A stretch of 24,000 nt of DNA from Mollicutes bacterium LVI A0078. GTDB lineage: Bacteria; Bacillota_I; Bacilli_A; UBA3375. Shown one piece after another: positions 8,806 through 16,768 of this stretch. Location of the stretch: NCBI GenBank assembly GCA_033105485.1, contig CP136956.1, positions 1,243,088 through 1,267,087 of the forward strand, given 5' to 3'. The notes beneath the pieces were generated by a model. That model did not search any database and had not been told where the DNA came from. It was given only the letters and a program-made list of their open reading frames with translations. The stretch's first letter is position 1. The number at the start of each line of letters is the position of its first letter. The translations under genes and the position numbers were made by a program.

Positions 8806-9804
8806 ATGGCAACTAAAATCGCAATTAACGGATTCGGAAGAATCGGTCGTTTAGCATTCCGTCAAATGTTCGGAAATGAAGAATTTGATATCGTAGCTAT
8901 CAACGACTTAACTGACGCTAAAACATTAGCTCACTTATTAAAGTATGACTCAGCACAAGGATCATACAAGACTGATGCAATTTCATCAACTGAAAGTACT
9001 ATCATCGTAGATGGTAAAGAAATGAAAATTTACGCTGAAAGAGACCCTAAAGATTTACCTTGGGGAGAATTAGGCGTAGACGTAGTAATCGAATGTACTG
9101 GATTCTTTGCTTCAAAAGAAAAATCACAAGCTCACATCGATGCTGGTGCTAAAAAAGTATTAATTTCTGCTCCAGGTGGAGACGTGCCTACTGTTGTTTA
9201 CAACACTAACCACGACATCTTAACTGGTGAAGAAACTATTATTTCTGGTGCTTCATGTACTACTAACTGTTTAGCTCCTATGGCTGACGCAATGAACAAA
9301 AACTTTGGTATCAAACACGGTATCATGACTACAATTCACGCTTACACTGGTGACCAAAAAACTTTAGATGCACCTCACGCTGACTTACGTCGTGGACGTG
9401 CTGCTGCTGCAAACATCGTACCTAACACAACTGGTGCTGCAAAAGCAATCGGTTTAGTTTTACCAGAATTAAACGGAAAATTAGATGGAGCTGCTCAACG
9501 TGTTCCAACTATTACAGGATCTTTAACTGAATTAACTTTAGTTTTAGAAAAAAACACTACTGTAGAAGAAATCAACGCTGCTATGAAAGCTGCTGCTAAC
9601 GAATCATTCGGATACAACGAAGATTTAATCGTTTCAACTGACATCATCGGAACTACTTTCGGTTCTATCTTTGATGCAACTCAAACTAAAATCATCGAAG
9701 TAAACGGTGAGCAATTAGTTAAAGTTGTTTCTTGGTATGACAACGAAATGTCTTACACTAACCAATTAGTAAGAACTGCAAAACACTTTGCTTCATTAAT
9801 CTAA
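8806..9804 (+). CDS. gap: Glyceraldehyde-3-phosphate dehydrogenase (type I)
   Basis: [12 protein letters not shown] loop, catalytic [12 protein letters not shown] and WYDNE. I place the start at ATG 8806 (MATKIAING), 4 nt after GGAGG, rather than at the GTG at 8773 used by the ORF track. Codon usage looks strongly biased, as in highly expressed genes. Confidence 0.95.
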   Translation: MATKIAINGFGRIGRLAFRQMFGNEEFDIVAINDLTDAKTLAHLLKYDSAQGSYKTDAISSTESTIIVDGKEMKIYAERDPKDLPWGELGVDVVIECTGFFASKEKSQAHIDAGAKKVLISAPGGDVPTVVYNTNHDILTGEETIISGASCTTNCLAPMADAMNKNFGIKHGIMTTIHAYTGDQKTLDAPHADLRRGRAAAANIVPNTTGAAKAIGLVLPELNGKLDGAAQRVPTITGSLTELTLVLEKNTTVEEINAAMKAAANESFGYNEDLIVSTDIIGTTFGSIFDATQTKIIEVNGEQLVKVVSWYDNEMSYTNQLVRTAKHFASLI

Positions 9805-9823
9805 TTAATAGACATTGTTTAAA

Positions 9824-9850
9824 GACTACTCTTTTAGAGTAGTTTTTTTT
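9824..9850 (+). terminator. Rho-independent terminator after gap
   Basis: Stem ACTACTCT/AGAGTAGT followed by T8. Confidence 0.7.
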
Positions 9851-9857
9851 ATGTCAT

Positions 9858-9886
9858 AAAAAAGGGCGAACTAAATTAGTTCGGCC
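9858..9886 (-). terminator. Rho-independent terminator of the minus-strand SGNH gene
   Basis: The minus strand reads GGCCGAACTAATTTAGTTCGCCC followed by TTTTTT, starting 2 nt after the stop codon at 9889-9891. It converges with the gap terminator. Confidence 0.7.
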
Positions 9887-9888
9887 TG

Positions 9889-10467
9889 TTAAAGATATAA
9901 GTTTTTATAAACTATTTCTGCTAGTTTAATGTAATAATCTTGTGAAAGATGAACGCGATCCTTTAAAACATCTTTTAGTTTTAAATTATCTTCCTTCAGT
10001 TGGTGATGTATTGCTTTGTGCATGTTAATGTATTCTAAGTTCATGTCATGGGCAATCGTTTCAGCAACACGATTAAATGACTTAACACGTAGATTGAAGA
10101 CTGGTGTTGGAGTTAATAGATATACTTTGATATCTGCATCCTCAAGCCTTGTGATTATCTCTTTCATGTTATTGTAATACCTATTTTGGCTAACAGGTAG
10201 TCCCATTCGTGATCCGCGAGCATCATTGATCCCAAGCATCAAGATTACAATATCTGGTTTATATTTAAAGACTAAGCTTTCTAAGTGGTTTACAACTTGT
10301 CTTGCTTGCCAACCAGTGTTACCACTATTTATAACCTTATAATTTGGCCCTAGAAGTTGATTTAAGGCTTTTGGATAGGGTGTATCTACTTGTGTGAAGT
10401 TTTTCATTTTTGAGTTATTATCGTATCCATATGTGATGCTATCTCCTAAACAAACAATAGTTTTCAT
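9889..10467 (-). CDS. SGNH/GDSL-family hydrolase with no signal peptide
   Basis: All four blocks are present: CLGDSITYG (block I, Ser10), GNTGWQA (II), GINDA (III) and DRVHLS (V, DxxH). The catalytic Ser is 10 residues from the N-terminus, so there is no export signal. Confidence 0.8.
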   Translation of the reverse strand: MKTIVCLGDSITYGYDNNSKMKNFTQVDTPYPKALNQLLGPNYKVINSGNTGWQARQVVNHLESLVFKYKPDIVILMLGINDARGSRMGLPVSQNRYYNNMKEIITRLEDADIKVYLLTPTPVFNLRVKSFNRVAETIAHDMNLEYINMHKAIHHQLKEDNLKLKDVLKDRVHLSQDYYIKLAEIVYKNLYL

Positions 10468-10475
10468 TGTTCCTC

Positions 10476-11432
10476 CTAAACTCTTCGATCTTTAAGGAAG
10501 AGTGTAATTAATAATGATAATATAAATAATATAATGAATGCAACCACATTTTTGAAGTCGCGTATTTGTTCGAAAAAGTTAATTCTCATAAGCAACCAAA
10601 TTATTATTGGGTGCCATAAGAATATAGGTAATGTTTTAACACCGATTTCACTAAAAACTGTTTCTCTACGTGGTACTAAGTTTAACACAACAATTGATGT
10701 GGCAGCAGCAACAAGGTATGTATTTACTTTAAATAGAGCTACGATGAATGGGTTATAACCTTGATCGAATATATTAGTTGTTCCATACAGTAACTCTTCG
10801 TTAAAGCTTGCAGAAAATAATGCCCAGAAACCAATAATTAGAATACTGAAATAAAAGAAGAAACTTTTATTTCGATAAATATTATGGTAGTTTATCTTGT
10901 GTTTCTTCGCTAAATATCCAAGTAGGAAATATGGGAAGAAAGATAAGGTGCGGCCTAGCGATAAGATCCTAAAATTGAATGGGATAAAATTAAAGCCAAT
11001 TACAATTGCAACTAAGATTACTAGTGTTTTCGGATACTTTTCATATACGATAAGTAGTAAACGCCAACTAATCAAGCTAAGTAAAAACCAAAGCACCCAT
11101 ATCGGCTGCAGTATATAACTAATTGCTGATAAAATTGTAAGTTGTCCACCAGTATCAATTCCGCTTGTAGCGAAAAGAAGTGCATAGATGATTGCGTATA
11201 TTATCTCGTATTTAATAAATAACTTGACTAATTTCTTAAGACCATTTGTATTCGCCCGTGCAAAGTATCCGGACATGAATATAAACAGTGGCATGTGAAA
11301 TGAGTAAATTATAAAGTATGTTGATTTGAAGAGTGGGATGTCCCGTAATGGTTCAATTACATGTCCAAAAACAACAAGAAATATAAGTAAGGCTTTAACG
11401 TTATCAAAATGGTAATTTCGTATTTTTGTCAT
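10476..11432 (-). CDS. Acyltransferase family 3 (AT3) integral membrane O-acyltransferase
   Basis: The N-terminus FDNVKALLIFLVVFGHV is typical of AT3, followed by about 10 TM helices. I place the start at ATG 11432 (MTKIRNY), 3 nt after AGGAGG. The longer ORF-track start at 11480 would lie inside the upstream hairpin. Confidence 0.8.
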   Translation of the reverse strand: MTKIRNYHFDNVKALLIFLVVFGHVIEPLRDIPLFKSTYFIIYSFHMPLFIFMSGYFARANTNGLKKLVKLFIKYEIIYAIIYALLFATSGIDTGGQLTILSAISYILQPIWVLWFLLSLISWRLLLIVYEKYPKTLVILVAIVIGFNFIPFNFRILSLGRTLSFFPYFLLGYLAKKHKINYHNIYRNKSFFFYFSILIIGFWALFSASFNEELLYGTTNIFDQGYNPFIVALFKVNTYLVAAATSIVVLNLVPRRETVFSEIGVKTLPIFLWHPIIIWLLMRINFFEQIRDFKNVVAFIILFILSLLITLFLKDRRV

Positions 11433-11450
11433 GTTCCTCCTAGTGCTTAA

Positions 11451-11480
11451 ATTGTAGCATATTATAAAGAAAACTAGCAA
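11451..11480 (-). promoter_or_regulatory. Weak candidate promoter for the AT3 gene (TTGCTA-N18-TACAAT on the minus strand)
   Basis: The -35-like TTGCTA is the complement of 11475-11480 and the -10-like TACAAT is the complement of 11451-11456. It would leave a very short 5' UTR. Read-through from the PadR operon is an alternative. Confidence 0.3.
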
Positions 11481-11492
11481 TCATTTTGCTAG
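11466..11492 (-). terminator. Modest intrinsic terminator after the PadR gene
   Basis: The minus strand reads CTAGCAA-aatga-TTGCTAG followed by TTTTCTTT. The 5' arm overlaps the PadR stop codon. The stem is only 7 bp and AT-rich, so it is probably leaky. Confidence 0.5.
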
Positions 11493-11794
11493 TTTAAAAA
11501 GTTTGTTATGACAGTTTGGAATGCAAGCCACTCATCTTTACGAGCTTGATATTCTTGAGTTCCGGTTTCTGTTATTTTATAATACTTCCGATTTGGTCCA
11601 TCTGGTGATGGTGCCATATAAGAAGTAAGCAGGTTCTCTTTGCTAAGTCGAGTTAGAATCGGATAGACCGTACTTTCTTTAACATCCATTGCATTTTGCA
11701 ATTCTTTTAATAACTCGTAGCCATAAGCATCACGAGTTGACAGAACGTGCAGTACACAGATATCAAGGACTCCTTTTTTTAATTGTTTATTCAT
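11489..11794 (-). CDS. PadR-family transcriptional regulator
   Basis: Winged-HTH signature GVLDICVLHVLSTRDAYGYELLKEL...STVYPILTRLSKENLLTSY...RKYYKITETG. I place the start at ATG 11794 (MNKQLKKG), which has the RBS GGGAGA upstream and overlaps the end of the upstream gene (ATGAATAA). Confidence 0.85.
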   Translation of the reverse strand: MNKQLKKGVLDICVLHVLSTRDAYGYELLKELQNAMDVKESTVYPILTRLSKENLLTSYMAPSPDGPNRKYYKITETGTQEYQARKDEWLAFQTVITNFLN

Positions 11795-12503
11795 AATGAT
11801 TTCTCCCAAAGCGTTTAAGGCACATTAAACTAATTGTACCAAGAAATACTGTGATAGAGATAATACTTCCGTAAATTAATAACCATAACGTAAATGCAAA
11901 AATGCTAAATGATAGAAATATTGGTAATAGAATCCCAATCCCAATTGTAGTTAAAGCTAACAATGTGAATGATGCTCCAATAATAAATACAAAGAAGTTT
12001 ACTAATAACTTCCAAGCGTATGTGCAAATCGTTATTAGAAAGTAACTTATTTGAGCAATCAATCTACCAATGCTCTTAATTATATTTTTCAAAGTATGAC
12101 TAATGCCACGATTAGAAGTAGCACTGCGATTATTACTAGTAGTAGTGTCAGTTTGCTCATTGTTTTCCCCACTTGTTGCAGCTTTTCTATTTTTACGTTT
12201 AGCTGCCTCCTCATTTTTAATTGATGCCATTTTACGCTTCATGTTAGTCATATAAATACTACTGTCACGTTTTAAATTATTCGTAAATTTTTCACGGCTT
12301 GAATAGTTGATTCCTAGTTCTGTTGCGTACTCAACAGCAACTGATTTCGGAGACCCAAAATTCGCGATAACTTCAGCTTCAGTAGCTCCATCTTTAATGC
12401 GTTCTTCAAAGTGTACTTCGTATTCGGCAATAATTTGTTCGCGCTCTTCGTCGCTTACAAAGTAAAATTCACGTTCTAAATTATTAAGGTAATTTGATTT
12501 CAT
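11787..12503 (-). CDS. DUF1700/HAAS-like membrane protein, the usual PadR partner
   Basis: The N-terminal ~65 aa (YLNNLEREFYFVSDEEREQIIAEYEVHFEERIKDGATEAEVIANFGSPKSVAVEYA) fits the DUF1700 pattern. A Lys/Asn/Ser/Thr low-complexity linker and a C-terminal cluster of TM helices follow. I place the start at ATG 12503, not at the GTG at 12512. Confidence 0.7.
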   Translation of the reverse strand: MKSNYLNNLEREFYFVSDEEREQIIAEYEVHFEERIKDGATEAEVIANFGSPKSVAVEYATELGINYSSREKFTNNLKRDSSIYMTNMKRKMASIKNEEAAKRKNRKAATSGENNEQTDTTTSNNRSATSNRGISHTLKNIIKSIGRLIAQISYFLITICTYAWKLLVNFFVFIIGASFTLLALTTIGIGILLPIFLSFSIFAFTLWLLIYGSIISITVFLGTISLMCLKRFGRNHYE

Positions 12504-13035
12504 ATGTTTCACCAGCCTTTATAGTGTAATCATTTGTTTCATTTTGATATTGAGGTAAATTCTCAGCATTCTCACTATCAAAATACTCGTGACCTGATAC
12601 GTTGACGTAATTAGTATCATAATTGCTGTAAAGATCATAGTCAACGTATGTATAATCAAAATCAGTATATGGAACGCTATTTATATTAAAGGTTGCTCCA
12701 GCCTTAGTAACGCTTATAGGACCAAATGTATTAACGTTAATACTAAAAGAACCATCAATCTTTTGATAATAGTCAATACTTGATGAGAGCTCAAGGGCTT
12801 CTTTAGTATTATTTTTAATTTTAATACTTTTAGTTCCAGTTGGTAGGTCAGCCCACATACGATTATCAAATGTTTGGTCTGTATCATTATCAAAGAAAGT
12901 AAAGTCAAACTTTGGAAATAAACCGCTCTCGTCGATGTTGATCCCGTAATCATTTGTTACAAATGCAAATACTAATAGAACAGTGAATAAACAAAAACTA
13001 AAAGCTGATGCTATTAATATAATAAATTTTTTCAT
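12484..13035 (-). CDS. N-terminally anchored or exported protein of unknown function, rich in Asp/Asn/Tyr/Thr
   Basis: The start ATG at 13035 (MKKFIILIAS) lies 5 nt after AAAGGAG. One hydrophobic N-terminal segment is followed by ~150 aa with a beta-strand-like, acidic and aromatic composition. I recognise no family motif. 20-nt overlap with the downstream HAAS-like gene. Confidence 0.6.
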   Translation of the reverse strand: MKKFIILIASAFSFCLFTVLLVFAFVTNDYGINIDESGLFPKFDFTFFDNDTDQTFDNRMWADLPTGTKSIKIKNNTKEALELSSSIDYYQKIDGSFSINVNTFGPISVTKAGATFNINSVPYTDFDYTYVDYDLYSNYDTNYVNVSGHEYFDSENAENLPQYQNETNDYTIKAGETYEIKLP

Positions 13036-13063
13036 ATCTTCTCCTTTCACTATTACGTTATAT

Positions 13064-13195
13064 GAAGTAGTGTAGTCAAATAAAAAATCACTACTTTGTA
13101 ATATGTGATACCACTAGTATATAATATAAAGTAGTGTGGTGTCAAGTATTTTTTGCATTAAGTATACTCTAATGTGAAATATTATTGACACTACC
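13064..13195. repeat. Four copies of the 8-mer AAGTAGTG/CACTACTT decorating the divergent promoters (candidate operator set)
   Basis: AAGTAGTG at 13064-13071 and 13128-13135, its exact complement CACTACTT at 13088-13095, and CACTACCT (7 of 8) at 13188-13195. Confidence 0.45.
13115..13144 (-). promoter_or_regulatory. Promoter of the exported-protein/HAAS/PadR operon
   Basis: The minus strand reads TTGACA (complement of 13139-13144), an 18-nt spacer, then TATACT (complement of 13115-13120). This is ~80 nt upstream of the ATG at 13035. Confidence 0.5.
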
Positions 13196-13214
13196 TAGTG
13201 CCAATTTGATATAT
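13184..13214 (+). promoter_or_regulatory. Divergent plus-strand promoter feeding the structured leader
   Basis: TTGACA at 13184-13189. The -10 candidates are GATATA (13207-13212, 17-nt spacer) or TGaTATATT (13206-13214). Confidence 0.4.
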
Positions 13215-13219
13215 TTTAG

Positions 13220-13283
13220 ATATAAAAGCGGAGATTCCATGCCAGGTTGGAAGTTATAAAAGCGGTTGGTACGCCAGAGTACT
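13220..13283 (+). ncRNA. Cis-regulatory leader or small RNA with two tandem look-alike hairpins (class not recognised)
   Basis: An 11-nt perfect direct repeat TATAAAAGCGG at 13220-13230 and 13254-13264. Each copy is followed by a 5-bp hairpin with a GCCAG-containing loop: TTCCA/TGGAA at 13234-13251 and GGTAC/GTACT at 13267-13282. Confidence 0.45.
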
Positions 13284-13312
13284 AAGAGAAACTATTAAGT
13301 TTCTCTTTTTTT
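13284..13312 (+). terminator. Strong intrinsic terminator or attenuator in the leader
   Basis: Perfect 9-bp stem AGAGAAACT/AGTTTCTCT, loop ATTA and a run of 8 T. It ends 16 nt before the ATG at 13329. Confidence 0.8.
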
Positions 13313-13328
13313 TGTACTCAGGAGGAAT

Positions 13329-13791
13329 ATGAAACTAGTTGATCTATCAAGTGATTTTTTGAATTATTATAATTTTATAAATTGCACATCAGCCAAGAAA
13401 TTAGGTTTACTTATTGATTTGTCTGAACATAAGGTGCAAGTACTGTTACCAATTGCATCATTTAAAGAAAAGTATAGTGAAATAAAAAGTATGATAGTAA
13501 AATTTTACAAAACTCAATCAATGGATGGGACTTTATCCTAGACACATTAGGGGACCCAACAACTATCGAATATATATATAATTGAATGGTATCTTGGCAA
13601 AAGACCAGACGCTTGAAGTTGGAAAATTACGATCAGGTTCTGGAGGATATGTAGTAGGTTCAGATTATTCGCCACCAATTCCAAATGAAAATGATGTTAG
13701 AAATTTGGTTGAAAAGTATTTAATATCGTCAACAAATTTGATGCATGATGTGTTAGAGCATTTTTGCTACGCAACAAAAAGTCACATATAG
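13329..13791 (+). pseudogene. Decayed Fic/DOC-family gene: frameshifted, internally deleted and 3'-truncated before the catalytic motif
   Basis: ORF 13329..13541 ends in TQSMDGTLS, which resembles the Fic inhibitory motif (S/T)xxxE(G/N)-TLS. ORF 13582..13791 has no ATG or RBS and starts right after a stop. It reads GKLRSGSGGYVVGSDYSPPIPNENDVRNLVEKYL...HDVLEHFCYATKSHI, resembling the Fic core GKFRSG...V..PP....V..LM..L...HP....F.Y.F..IHPF. It stops just before where HPFxDGNGR would be. A third frame between them reads GPNN, compared with GPPNE in the family. Confidence 0.5.
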
Positions 13792-13887
13792 ATGTTACAT
13801 ATAAAAATAACCTAATAGCCTTTATAAAAGAAAAGTGTATCAGAATTGAATAGTTGATTATTGAATATAAAGAGTGATTCTAATATT

Positions 13888-13917
13888 TTGCAAGTGATTA
13901 CAAATAAGTGTTAAAAT
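13888..13917 (+). promoter_or_regulatory. Candidate promoter for yneF (TTGCAA-N18-TGtTAAAAT)
   Basis: TTGCAA at 13888-13893 and an extended -10 TGTTAAAAT at 13909-13917. The RBS GGAGG at 13941-13945 follows. Confidence 0.45.
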
Positions 13918-13949
13918 ATTACAGATTAGGAAAATATTTAGGAGGCAAA

Positions 13950-14261
13950 ATGGCAACTGGTGTAATGATAGCGATTGTAGCTGTATTAGTTATTTTATTC
14001 GTATTAGCAATTCAAACTGGAAGTGTAATTCTTTGGGTTATTCTTGCATTCATCGGAGGAATCGTTGCTGGGACTTTCTTATCTCGTTTTACGTTAAGAA
14101 AACACTTTGAAGAGAACCCACCAATTTCTGAAGAAATGATCGCAAACATGTTAAAGTCAATGGGACAACCAGCTAGTCAAAAACGTGTTAATCAAATTAT
14201 GAAAAACATGAAAGCTAGCAGTGGTTCAAACACAACTAAAAAAGCGAAAAAACAAAATTAA
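13950..14261 (+). CDS. yneF: UPF0154/YneF-family small membrane protein
   Basis: One N-terminal TM helix, then RKHFEENPPISEEMIANMLKSMGQPASQKRVNQIM, the characteristic YneF stretch. The start ATG at 13950 lies 4 nt after GGAGG, so the ORF-track GTG at 13908 is rejected. Lys-rich C-terminal tail. Confidence 0.75.
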   Translation: MATGVMIAIVAVLVILFVLAIQTGSVILWVILAFIGGIVAGTFLSRFTLRKHFEENPPISEEMIANMLKSMGQPASQKRVNQIMKNMKASSGSNTTKKAKKQN

Positions 14262-14270
14262 TATTTTGAA

Positions 14271-14305
14271 GAAGACTATCTTGATTATTCAAGATGTCTT
14301 TTTTT
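14271..14305 (+). terminator. Rho-independent terminator after yneF
   Basis: Stem GAAGACTATCTTGA/TCAAGATGTCTT with one bulge, loop TTAT, then a T-run. Confidence 0.7.
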
Positions 14306-14483
14306 AATCTATAACAATAGTAATGTATCTGATAACAACAGGTTTAGATTTTGATGTTAAATCTTGAGCTATTAATTGATAATAGGAAAATCAGTTATAT
14401 CATGTCGGTATTTTTCAGTATTATAATTACATGAATAGTGGTCATGCTTTAGGTGTAATTATCGCCGATTAGAAGGTCATTAA

Positions 14484-14492
14484 TGTTATAAT
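14484..14492 (+). promoter_or_regulatory. Candidate extended -10 (TGtTATAAT) upstream of ligA
   Basis: TGTTATAAT ends 18 nt before the GTG start. It would give a very short leader containing the RBS AGGAG (14502-14506). Confidence 0.3.
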
Positions 14493-14498
14493 ATTTAG

Positions 14499-16466
<1,968 letters not shown>

Positions 16467-16474
16467 GAGTTAAA

Positions 16475-16768
16475 ATGGAATTTACTAAAGAAAAAGTAAG
16501 AGATATGGCAGAGACAATGCACCTTGCCTTAAATGAAGATGAAATTAATGAAGTGTATAAGAAGGTTATTGAGTTCAGTGAAAACATGGAATCAATGCTT
16601 GCTGAAGACGTAACTGGATATGAACCATTCATTATGTCAACATTAAATAAGAATATTTTCCAAACAGAAGAAGAAGGTGAAGAGTTTGATGTTGAACACT
16701 TAAAATCAACTTTAAATGACTTTGATGGAGAATATTTTGTAATTAAGAAGGTGATGGAAGATGAATAG
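16475..16768 (+). CDS. gatC: Asp/Glu-tRNA(Asn/Gln) amidotransferase subunit C
   Basis: 97-aa acidic protein immediately upstream of, and overlapping, gatA. The N-terminal VRDMAETMHLALNEDEI pattern is typical of GatC. Confidence 0.85.
   Translation: MEFTKEKVRDMAETMHLALNEDEINEVYKKVIEFSENMESMLAEDVTGYEPFIMSTLNKNIFQTEEEGEEFDVEHLKSTLNDFDGEYFVIKKVMEDE

Noticed and set aside
12714-12953. 79-aa same-strand, out-of-frame ORF nested inside the exported-protein gene.
   Set aside because: It lies fully inside a longer ORF that has a clear RBS and signal anchor. The nested frame has no RBS and a low-complexity Leu/Ile/Lys translation.
13234-13282. The tandem hairpins as a guanidine-II (mini-ykkC) type riboswitch.
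   Set aside because: That class needs ACGR tetraloops closed by G-C pairs in both hairpins. Only the second hairpin contains an ACG, as UACGC in an alternative fold, and the first has none. The downstream gene is also not a guanidine-related transporter or carboxylase.
13582-13791. The 69-aa ORF as an independent protein-coding gene.
   Set aside because: It starts at a TTG immediately after an in-frame TAA and has no RBS and no ATG until near its end. The sequence reads like the middle of a Fic-family protein cut off before the catalytic motif, so it is treated as part of a pseudogene.
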